Shown here piece after piece: positions 28,560 through 39,879 of a DNA stretch of 64,000 nucleotides. Position numbers and translations under genes: made by a program. Below the pieces are notes generated by a model. That model had not been told where the DNA came from and searched no databases. It was given only the letters and a program-made list of their open reading frames with translations. Each line of letters starts with the position of its first letter. Position 1 is the first letter of the stretch. The stretch covers positions 7,316,001-7,380,000 of the forward strand of contig NC_043010.1 in the NCBI RefSeq assembly GCF_006345805.1, given 5' to 3'. Source of the stretch: Octopus sinensis. Taxonomy: Eukaryota.

Positions 28560-28760
28560 TCTTTTATCATCTACTTGTTTCAGTCATTAGACTGTGGCCG
28601 TGCTGGGGCACCGCCTTGAAATATTTTAAGTTGAATGAATCAACCCTAGCACTTTTTCTTAAGCCTAGTACTTATTCCATCAATCTCTTTTGCCGAACTG
28701 TTAAGTGACAGGAATGTAAACATACCAGCATCAGTTTTTAAGTGGGGACAAACACATAAA
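28560..28760 (-). mobile_element. SINE family A, 3' half
   Basis: tacttgtttcagtcattagactgtggcc...ctagtacttattcc. Confidence 0.8.
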
Positions 28761-29575
28761 AAGCACCTTTTGAGTGTTGGGCCTCACGGAAGTATTTAGC
28801 ACTCATGCTGGTGACACATAAAAAGTACCTGTTGAGCATTGGGCCTAACAGTGGCAATGTGTCTAATTCCAGTGTTACGTAACTGGTACCTGTGCTAGTG
28901 GCATGTAAAAAGCACCATTCAAGCATTGGGCTTTACAGAGGCAATAATATATGACTGAGTCCTTTGGCACTATGCCTTGCTTGAGATGACCCATCAAGTC
29001 TAATGAAATCATAGTTATGGTAGATAATGGTTTCATTCAACTGTCACCCATGCCAGTGGCATATAAAAGCACCTATTACACTCTCAGAATGGTTGGCATT
29101 AGGAAGGGCAACCAGCCATAGAAACTATGCCAAATCAGACCAGAGTATGGTGCAGCTCCTCAACTTACCAGCTATGGTCAAACCATCCAACCCATGCCAA
29201 CATGGACTATGGATGCTAAATGGTGATGGTGATGATGATGATAATATAACCTTGTGAAAGAGATGACAGAGATGTGAGATATCTGGTTCATTGCTATACT
29301 CAAGAAGACCCACTCACCACAATAGAACTGAAGTCCTAAAACCAAGGTACCACATAAAATGCCTTGGTGAAGGTGCTGGTGCCAGATAAAAACTACCCAG
29401 TACAATCTGAGGAGTGTTTGGCATTAGGAAGGGTATCCAGCTGTAGAAACAAAATAGACTATGGAACGTGGAATAGCCTCTGGCTTTTCCAGTTCTTGTC
29501 AAGCTGACCAATCCATGCCAGCATCGAAAATGGACATTAATTGTTTATGATGATGATGATGATAATGATGATGAT
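28760..29575 (+). mobile_element. Two decayed family C repeats (taggaagggcatccagc core; aacccatgccagcatgg...gatgatg tail)
   Basis: Shared core and tail with 44105-44375, 46470-46688 and 56622-56890; internal short repeats acataaaaagcacc. Confidence 0.7.
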
Positions 29576-30394
29576 ATATGTATGTATATTTATGTATTTG
29601 CATGTATATATATTTATATCTATATACATATAGATACTGTATATATATTAATATACATGTATATTATTTATATATATACATATAGATACTGTATAAGGAA
29701 ATACTATTCAAGGAGAAACTACTTCTAGCCACCTTTGATATGTATTCTCAGCATCACATTTTTCAGTTGCAGTTTGAGCTGGAGTTTTAGTGATAAACCA
29801 AACTGAGCACTCATAGTACATACCTATTACATTACATTTGTTGATAAAAACTCCTTGAATATTCTCTATATATATGTATATATATTTATACATATATATG
29901 AGAAATTAAAAAAGGAAAATATGCACACTTTACATAGTTTTAATATAATTTTTAATATATCGACCGGTTTCGCTATCGCTATTCATGATATTATGGTTTA
30001 CTTATTTGTATATGTATTTTCTTAAGAAGAAATTTTGCCCATGTTGATGGATGTTTATACATATATACATGTGTGTGTGTGTGTAATATGTGTGTCTTTC
30101 AAACATAGAAACAGGTGTTAGTTTGTTTATGTTCCCATAACTTAGCAGCTTGGCACAAAGGAAATGATGGAAACTGATAAAAGTAGAAAAGAATTAAAGA
30201 ATACTTCATTCTTCCTAACAATAAATTTTAAATTCAAAATTTTGCGATTTTCTTTTCAAAAATATCTTATGAATGTTACTTTGATACTTGAGTAACCAAA
30301 GTAACCAGCAGAATAGAGAAAGAAACGTTGTGGGAGATGTAAAAAGGAGCTGATTTGGGATACTGTACTTTAGACAGATTGTGATATGTTGTAA

Positions 30395-30770
30395 TAGCAT
30401 CAGTTGCCCTCAGAAGATATATGTTAATCAGCTGAAAGATGATAGTGGACGTCATTGAGAAGAACTGTCACATGCTTTAGAAGATGGAGATGTGTGGAGG
30501 ATCAGGACCATGTAAATTTGAGTGATGGTGATGATGATGATGATGATGATGATGATGACGACGACGATGATGACGATGATGATGATGATGATGACGACGA
30601 CGACGACATTGATGATGATGAGGATGATGACGATAATGATGATAATGATAATGATGATGACGATGATGATGACAATGATGATGATGATGATGATGATAAT
30701 GATGATGATGATGATGATGATAATGACGATGATGACAACGATGACAAGAATGATGCTGACGACTGTTATG
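30395..30770 (+). mobile_element. Non-LTR (RTE-like) 3' end with expanded (GAT/GAC)n tail
   Basis: PQKIYVNQLKDDSGRH*EELSHALEDGDVWRIR resembles the RP-x-x-TY-x-DQL-x-x-DTG...EL...M-x-DR-x-x-WR terminus; followed directly by the trinucleotide tail. Confidence 0.55.
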
Positions 30771-31943
30771 AAACAGAGACAATTAAATTTTCCCCTCACA
30801 TCAATGATAAGATTTTAGTCATAGACATAAGCCATCCAATATTGATAGTTTGTTTCTTAAATCGTTAAATTGCTTTAAGAGAAAATTCTATCAGAAACAA
30901 ATTGATTTTTCAGCAGAAATGTATAAACTAAGTAATAATAACTTTTTCACTAAAAACCTCCAAAGCTCTTCAACAATCTCAATGCCATATTATTTTTATT
31001 TTAATTATTTTTAATTGTTTGTTTCTCAAATTACAGTTTTTGTTGATTATTCAATAATTTCTATTGCATAATTTTCATCTTCAACATTAATACCTACTGA
31101 TTAAACAACTTTTATGAATAGATATAATTAGAGAATTCAGTATCTGTATGCTGGAGTATAATTTTGGATATTAATATGATATCATTAATTTCATATCTGT
31201 TAGTGAATACATATTTATAATGATAAGTTATGGCTGTTTGCACTTTTCCAAATGCAATTGTTGGTCATGTATCTGTCTTTGTTCATGAGACGTCATTAAT
31301 TTTAATTTATAATATTCCTCTCTACTTAGATGTTATTTTGAAACAAAATCTGTTCAATTCCATTCCTTACATAAAGTCAATTCAATCTGTATGTAGTTGC
31401 TAAGCATTTATTTTACTAATTAAACAAAAAAAAGGAAGAAAAGGATAAGGAAAGAAAAAAACAGAAATAAAAAAGAAAGAAAACTATTTCATCTGTAAAA
31501 TTACATGAATTGTTGAAGCCTTTGTAGCTAAACAACATTACAGTAAGCAAACTTTCCACGGTACATTGTTCAGTTAAGTCGCCTGAGGGAAGAAACAGTA
31601 ATCTATTTAGCCTAAGGCTATAAAGCAATGCTTGTAGCAATATGTGCCTATGACTTGTGGACAAGCATTCTAGTACTTTAAATAGCAAAAATATCAATGA
31701 GAAGATTTCTTTTGCAATTGAGCAACTATAGTAGAAAGCATAGTCTACATTTTGTTGATGGCTATAGCTGCAACTTGGATTTGTTTACCACATATATGCA
31801 AGCATCTCATACATGTATTGCAAAGGGAACAAAAAAAAAAGAGTAAGAAAAGGAGCTACGTTCAAATAGAATGATGTGAAAAATCAAGTAAAAAGGCTTA
31901 GTTTGCATACAGAAATTTGTGACAGAGCAATTTATATATTATA

Positions 31944-32440
31944 CTAGCAGTATCGCCCGGCGTTGCTCGGGTTTGTAAGGGAAATAACTATAAAGCATTT
32001 TTAGAGAGTTATAGCCAAAAAATAGCAAAAAATGCATTAAAAAGGGAAAAAAAATGATGGTAATTTTTTTTTAAATCGTTGACTCATCATACACATTTTT
32101 AGAGAGTTACTTCCCTTATATAATCGCGAAAAAAATGCATTAAAATGGAAAAAAATAATGGTAAACTTTTTTTTAAATCGTAGACTCATCGTAGACATTT
32201 TTAGAGAGTTACTTCCCTTATATAATCGCGAAAAAATGCATTAAAATGGAAAAAAATAATGGTAAATTTTTTTTTAAATCGTAGACTCATCGTAGACGTG
32301 CGCTAATACCCAGAAGGACTCGATATGAATCACAACTATAAGATACCCGATTTTGGTTAAACTGCACCACAAAATGTGGGAGTAGTTAGGAATCTAAATC
32401 GTAGGAGACAGACACACAACTTCTCTTTTATATATAAAGA
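31944..32440 (-). mobile_element. Non-autonomous Helitron with internal ~100-bp tandem repeats (x3)
   Basis: Minus strand A|TCTTTATATATAAAA...cccgagcaacgccggg hairpin...CTAG|T; A/T insertion site with no TSD. Confidence 0.85.
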
Positions 32441-33474
32441 TATATATTTCAGACTAAGTGATAGAAGGTTTAATTCACAAATGTCAAATAAGTTATGATA
32501 AGCAGCGTAGTTAAAAAAAGGCATTGTTAAATTTATTCTTTACCAAGTTGAGATGAGTTATTATATATTAATGGCACAGCAAGATTGCATTTCAGCTTTA
32601 TGTATTACTTATTCTAAATATGCTGAGAATATGCCTAGTAGTCGAGAAAACTGCATGCAATACATGTTTTTTTGTTCCCTACATGTTAATTTTTGCAGTT
32701 TTAAATTACTTGCAGTTAAGCATGCAATAAAATTTAAATATAACGGCTTTATATTTATCCTGCCTATAGTAATATAGGGCTCAGTGACATTTCAATATGT
32801 TTGTTGAAATAGGAGGGTGTTGCCAGAAAATGTGAATGTGCTATGATAAAGGAGTTTGTTTATATTTATAAACAATCCTCTGAAAACATTTTAAATATTA
32901 ATATTTGGTCACATTTATAAATGATCCATTCAAAACACACTTTAATATTAATATATAAACAACTATGTTTTTAATGCTTTTTTTAATCCTTAGACTTGCA
33001 GCATAAATGCAAATTTTAATAGCATTATGGTGTGTGTGTGTGTGTGTGCAAGCAAAAGAGAGGGAGTGACTAGAAATGAGACAAGGGAAAAAGAGAAAAA
33101 TAAAGGAGAAAAAAGGGGGGTGAGAACGCAAGAGAGTATAGATTATCCTTGATTTTTAGGTGTTGGGCACTTTTTTACTTTCCCACAAATATTCCAATTT
33201 AAAATAGCATTTAAAAATTGCACCCTATACACAATTTCTTCTTCAGAAATTTGCAAAATATTTTTCTAATCTGGAAATGTCTATAATATTTAAAATAGTA
33301 CCTAATCTCTATGATGCCATATTTTCAGAATATGGAGAAAGAAAGTGCACTATTGCTTCAGAATTCAGTAAAAATTTTTATTAATTTTTAAGCAGCAGGA
33401 AAAGAATTTTGCATCACTAATTGAATATTTATTTTCCTTCTTCAAGAAAATTTTCACAATAACAAGAACTCATC

Positions 33475-33568
33475 ATCATTATCATTCATCATCATCATCA
33501 TCATCACCATCACCATCACCATCACCACCATCATCATCACCACCACAACCACCACCACCACCACCACC

Positions 33569-33602
<34 letters not shown>

Positions 33603-33665
33603 TCATTATCATCATCACCATCATCATTCATCATCATCATCATTATCAGCAGCAGCAGCAGCAGT
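33475..33665. repeat. (CAT)n/(CAC)n/(CAG)n compound microsatellite
   Basis: Direct reading. Confidence 0.95.
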
Positions 33666-34026
33666 AAGCAGTTGGAGCAATATGCTTTTATCTCCTTGCC
33701 ACTTCCTCTCCTTCCTCACTACATTTGTAGACTACTCTTCATAAGCTACCCCGGTGGCAAATAAAAGACATCATTATTATAACTGATTATAGGACTCTGA
33801 GCCAGCAGAATCGTTAGCACACTTGGCAAAATGCTTGGCAGTATTTTGTCCGTATTTGCATTTAGAGTTCTAGATCCACCGAGATCAACTTTGCTGTTCA
33901 TCCTTTCAGGGTCAATAAAATAAGCATCAGTTGAGCACTGGGCTCTATTTAACTGACTTAGCCCCTCCCCCCAAATTTCTGGCCTTGTGCCAAAATTTGA
34001 AACCAATATTATTACTATTTTAGTGT

Positions 34027-34409
34027 GGAGGCGCAATGGCCCAGTGGTTAGGGCAGCAGACTCGCGGTCATAGGATCGCGGTTTCAATTCCCAGACCGGG
34101 CGTTGTGAGTGTTTATTGAGCGAAAACACCTAAAGCTCCACGAGGCTCCGGCAGGGGATGGTGGTGATCCCTGCTGTACTCTTTCACCACAACTTTCTCT
34201 CACTCTTACTTCCTGTTTCTGTTGTACCTGTATTTCAAAGGGCCGGCCTTGTCACTCTCTGTGTCACGCTGAATATCCCCGAGAACTACGTTAAGGGTAC
34301 ACATGTCTGTGGAGTGCTCAGCCACTTACACGTTAATTTCACGAGCAGACTGTTCCGTTGATTCAGATCAACCGGAACCCTCGTCGTCGTAACCGACGGA
34401 GTGCTTCCC
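34027..34409 (+). mobile_element. SINE family D (tRNA-Arg-like head), full length with 13-bp TSD
   Basis: TSD actattttagtgt at 34014-34026 and 34410-34422; A box tggcccagtgg and B box ggtttcaattccc. May correspond to the published octopus OR-type SINEs (not verified). Confidence 0.9.
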
Positions 34410-35271
34410 ACTATTTTAGTGTGAAAGTGTCTTCTTTTTGATTCTCCTTTCAAAACATTTTTTTTTTTTTTGCTTTAAGCATTACCAATAGAATTTTGTT
34501 AGAGTAGTTGTAAAGCGAACAATAATTGCCTATGGAGATATTGCCCTTGATTGTCAGGGATAGACAACAGGGAAAATAGGATTTTTGCACAAACATTTAA
34601 AATTATATTTATGTACATTACATTTTCGTATTCAAAATGGCTACCACACATAATTATGCCTCATAAATAAATATATAAATGGCTAAAAATAAACACCAAG
34701 TCTAAATGCACAAGAGGAAGAAGAAAATGAACAGAATTAATACAAAGCATCCTAAATACTCAAATAAGTCATTTGGAAGAATGACAACAACAACAACATC
34801 AATAGCTGCAACAACTCCTGCATGTTTCCAAATATTGCGATCTGTTCATATAGCAACTGGGTGAAGACAAACCTTTCATTTCAAAATAAACAGAATTTTT
34901 GAACCTATCACAGATACAAGAAGAAAAAAACATGTAAATAGGAAAACTTTCTAAAATGCAATGGCATTTCTTTGCCACAGGAGATAATCTAGGAGGAGGC
35001 AAAGAGACAAGTTATATATCTCTGCTTATGAAAAGACGAAATTGAATTACGTTTTCCTCGACAACGAGCCCTCCAGGATTATCTCAGGAAAAATTATCTC
35101 ACGTGTAACAGACAAAAGCTACGGTACTATTTGCTATACCTTTAAAATACAAGACACGACTATAACACAGGCTGAAACTATCTAACTAGTCAGACATACA
35201 CTAGTGCACATAAACACACACAAACATACATATGAACATACACACACACACATATATATATATGTATGTGC

Positions 35272-35311
<40 letters not shown>

Positions 35312-36316
35312 TAATAACAATAATAATGAAATTATTGTATACAGTGCACCACAACTTGTCAAAAGTGCATATAAAGTATATGCAGTATATAAGCATATAT
35401 ATATGTATATATGTGTGTGTGTGATATGGTATGTGGCCTGGTGGTTAGGTTGTCACATTCATGAATGCTAGATCACAAGTTCGATTCCTAGACCAGGTGG
35501 TGCATTGTGTTCTTGAGAAAAAAACTCTTCATTTCACATTGTTTCAGGTCCCCTTTTTATCAGTGGGAAATGATTAGCACATTGTGACCAGTCATGTGTA
35601 ACAACATCTGATCGTCTGGTTGATCACATGATATATACTAATATATATATATATATATATATATAAATATATGTATATATCATACACAAACATATATCAT
35701 TATCATAAACATTATTTTCCTGTTCACTATTCTGTGCTTACATGGGTCAGATGAAATTTGTTAAAGCAGATTTTCTATGACCAGATGCCTTTCCTGTCAA
35801 TAACCCTAAATTGTTTCCAAGCAAGTTAATATCCTACTGACCAGATTTATTTTCACAGAAGAATGAAAAGTGGACAATATTTGCATGACCATCACATGAT
35901 GTCAAGTCAAGGGAATGGTCATACAACTACATGCACACACATGCACACACACACACACACACACTCACATACATCTATATAGATGTTATGAAAGAAGCAT
36001 ATACCCACACATACATATATATGTGTCTGTCCATGCATATATGCTTCTTCTGGTTTCTATCTACCAAAACCAACTTACAAGGCTTTCAATGGCCTGGGGT
36101 TATTGCAAAAGACACTTACCAAGGGTACTACACCCAAATTTCCTATCACACAGCAATGCCTGTGCATAAGGACTGCTTTCGTTCAATATATATACATACA
36201 TATATATATATATATATATATTTATATATGTGTGTGTTTGTGTTTGCACATGTATAATATATATATATATATACACATACATACACACATATATACATAC
36301 ATATATATATATATAT

Positions 36317-36540
36317 GACTGTGAGTGTCACTGTGGGTTTAAAGCACGAAGCAAAGCTGGGTTAGCTGTCCACTCGAGAAGACATTTTGAACCAACGAAT
36401 ACATGCAAGTGTACCATTTGCGAGAAGGTGTGCAAGGCATCTGCTGGATTGAAGGTACACATGTGGAGTCACAAGGCTTAGGAATTGTTGAAGGTTATTT
36501 ACTGAACCCTCATTCATCGTCTTCGATGAGAGAATCCACC
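36317..36540 (+). mobile_element. Two C2H2 zinc fingers plus short 3' tail; probable 3' end of an RTE-type LINE
   Basis: CECHCGFKARSKAGLAVHSRRH...CTICEKVCKASAGLKVHMWSHKA*, followed by catcgtcttcgatgagagaatcc and flanked on both sides by (TA)n; no splice acceptor. Confidence 0.6.
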
Positions 36541-37011
36541 ATATATATATATATATATGAGAAGAGCATTATTACTCATAAGAGATAACAGTATTAAGAA
36601 TGTTAGTGGTCACAAGCTTAAAACTGTGTAAGCAAAATTAATAGATACATATAAAAAATATATATAACATGAGGGTACTAAGAAGCACCAGCTTACCTAA
36701 ATATAGGATTCGTAAACACTCTGATGCCACAAGAATTAACACTAAATTTTACAGGCATAGTTGAAATAACTAAGTGAATAAGGACTGTGTGATACCTCTG
36801 CAAATTTGCAAAAAGAAATACCAGTTAACCTGCTTTTATGATTTCAAAATCATGATACCAGGTCAACGAGCATTCGTTAGTACCCTCATGTTATCTATAT
36901 TTTACACACACACACATATATTTATATATATATATACACATGCACATATATATGCATATATGTATATATAATATATGTATATATGTGCATATATATATAA
37001 TACACATATAT

Positions 37012-37324
37012 CACGTCACGTGATCACGTGACTGACCAGTCCATCAGATGTAGCTACACATCGCTGGTCACAATGCGCTTCACATTGTTTTAGCCTTTGA
37101 ATGATGCCAACCCGCTGGCTAAGTGAGCAGGCCAACAGAAGAAAGAGTGGGAGAAAGAGTGGTGAAAGAGTACAGCATGGATCGCCACCACCCCCTGCCG
37201 GAGCCTCGTGGAACTTTTAGGTGTTTTTGCTCAATAAACATTCACAACGCCCGGTCTGGGAATCGAAACCGCGATCCTACGACCGCGAGTCCGCTGCCCT
37301 AACCACTGGGCCATTGCGCCTCCA
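37012..37324 (-). mobile_element. SINE family D head with an alternative 3' tail
   Basis: Head near-identical to 34027 onward; diverges after ctctttcaccac and ends ...gtcacgtgatcacgtgac. Confidence 0.85.
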
Positions 37325-38191
37325 TATAATACACATATATATATATATATATTTGTATAGATATTTGTATAGATATAGATACATTTATATATATATATAT
37401 GTGTGTGTTGTGTGTGTGAGTGTATGTATATATATGTGTGTGTGTGTATACACATACACAAGTACACACACACAAATATGCATATATCTGCATAAGTTAC
37501 AATTCACTATTTGAATAGCATCAACCTGCTAGAAAAATGCAGCAGAAGTAAGCTTTGAAAGAATGCTGGAGCATGGATGGTATCAGCTGACGCAAGCAGA
37601 AGAGAAGGTTCTACAGGGCTATGGACATTTGATTTGAATAAAAGATAAATGCTGGATGAAAGTGAGTTGTATGCTGAGAAGAGGAATCTCATAACAGCAG
37701 AAGATTGCAAAAAAGACCTTGGATCAGATATCAGCATGTTAAGCAAACTTCTTAACTATTCAACCATACTGTATTCATACACCTTAGATAAGCAAGTCTT
37801 ATATATCAGATAATCTTGTCTTACATATAATATTTCTGAAAAAACAGATAACATGGTGAAGACATGGCAGTGTGGTTAAGATGATCAATGTGCAAATTTT
37901 GCTGTGCAGCACCCTTGGCAAGTGTTTTCTACTGTGGCTGATTGATGCGTTCTGAGTAAATCTAGCAGATGGAAGCTGCATGCATGTGGCTGTGTGGTAA
38001 GAAGCTTGCTTCCCAACCACATGGTTCCGGGTTCAGTCCCAGAGTACAGCACCTTGGACAAGTGTCTTCTATTAAAGCCTCGGGCCCAGCAAAGCCTCAT
38101 GGGTGGATTTAGTAGACAAAAACTGAAAGAAGCCCCTCATATAATATATATTTATACGTGTGTATATATATATATATTTATACGTGTGTGT

Positions 38192-38292
<101 letters not shown>

Positions 38293-38450
38293 TAATATAT
38301 ATATATATATATGTATATATTTATATATGTGTATGTATGAATTTGTGTGAGTCTGTGTTTGTGCCCTGCTATTGCTTGACAACTGACACTGGTGCATCTA
38401 TGTTCTTGTCAATTTGCAGTTCAGTAAAAGAGACCGATAGAATAAGTACT

Positions 38451-38640
38451 ACAGTCCTATATTTAAGAGATGAGGAATTATGTACATTATTTACATTATT
38501 TACAATTGACAGATATTTGTCCTCATCTTGTTTGTTGTTAACACAACGTTTCAGCTGATATACCCTCCATCTTTCCTCAGGTGTCTTAGGGAAATTTCGA
38601 ACCTAGGTTCTCTTTCTTAAGGTATTTTTTGGTGTTGCTG

Positions 38641-38703
<63 letters not shown>

Positions 38704-38847
38704 CGACTGCCTGGAATTGAACTCGGAATCTTGGGATTAGTAGGCTGTGCTCTTAACTACTGCCATATGCTGTAGTGGTTATGTAATAATAATAGTAATA
38801 ATAACAACAACAACAACAACAACAACAATAATAATAATAATAATAAT

Positions 38848-38883
<36 letters not shown>

Positions 38884-39023
38884 TTCAAAAATTATCATAG
38901 AGATGAGAACCCAATTTCGAAATTTTCCCAAGACACCTGATGAAAGCTGGAGGGTATATCAGCTGAAACGTTGTGTTAACAACAAACAAGATGAGGACAA
39001 ATATCCATCAAATGTAAATAATG
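38451..39023 (-). mobile_element. Composite non-autonomous element: inverted ~126-bp arms with hammerhead motifs around a tRNA-like segment; 13-bp TSD
   Basis: TSD tagaataagtact (38438-38450, 39024-39036); arms 38492-38617 and 38899-39025; A/B-box-like motifs at 38752-38765 and 38713-38724 on the minus strand. Confidence 0.8.
38932..38977 (+). ncRNA. Candidate minimal type I hammerhead ribozyme
   Basis: gacac-CTGATGA-a-agctg-gagggtatat-cagct-GAAA-CG-TT-gtgtt; the mirrored copy at 38540-38585 on the minus strand has a CTGAGGA core. Confidence 0.55.
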
Positions 39024-39467
39024 TAGAATAAGTACTGTGCTTACAAAGAATAAGTCCTGGGGTTGATTTCTTTGACTAAAACCCTTTAAGTCAGTGCTCC
39101 AGCATTGCTACAGGCAAATGACTGCAACAAGCAAAAGAATACATGCATACACACCCACATATAGATAGACATGTGTGTGTGTATCTGTGTGCGTATACAT
39201 ATATATATGTGTACCTTTAGGGTCTGTGCTTTTTTCACCTGCCCACCGAAAATGCAGGATAACCAGTGTTAGCTTGTTTACATCACTGTAACGTAGCAGT
39301 TAGGCAAAAAACAAAAAAAAAGAAAGAACTGATTGGTGAAATAAGAATAAGAGATGCTTTGATGCATACAGAAATTGCAGGAGCTTCTCAGAGATTTTGC
39401 AACCTCTTCCAAATCCATTGCAATGTTGAATAAGCATCAGGCTTTAAGAAAATACTGAGGTAGATCT

Positions 39468-39879
39468 GGCGCAGGAGTGGCTGTGTGGTAAGTAGCTTGT
39501 TTACCAACCACACAGTTCCGGGTTCAGTCCCACTGCATGGCACCTTGGGCAAGTGTCTTCTACTAAAGCCTCGGGCCAACCAAAGCCTTGTGAGTGGATT
39601 TGGTAGACGGAAACTGAAAGAAGCCTGTCGTATATATGTATATATATATATATATGTGTGTATGTGTGTCTGTGTTTGTCCCCCTAGCATTGCTAGACAA
39701 CCGATGCTGGTGTGTTCATGTCCCCGTTACTTAGCGGTTCAGCAAAAGAGACCGATAGAATAAGTACTGGGCTTACAAAAGAGTAAGTCCCAGGGTCGAG
39801 TTGCTCGATTAAAGGCGGTGCTCCAGCATGGCCGCAGTCATATGACTGAAACAAGTAAAAGAGTAAATGAGTAAAGAGA
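39468..39879 (+). mobile_element. SINE family A, full length
   Basis: Colinear with the other copies. Confidence 0.92.

Noticed and set aside
28760-28960. Short recurring motif acataaaaagcacc separated by ~30-50 bp, superficially CRISPR-like
   Set aside because: The repeats are degenerate, the spacers are related to each other, the motif is part of the family C repeat, and the context is eukaryotic with no cas genes.
30455-30868. 137-aa Asp-rich ORF
   Set aside because: It is the (GAT/GAC)n tail of a LINE 3' end; the LINE-like peptide is in another frame.
34027-34105. tRNA-like sequences (also the heads of families A and B and 38700-38780)
   Set aside because: They have A/B boxes but no complete cloverleaf, and they continue into SINE bodies; they are SINE heads, not tRNA genes.
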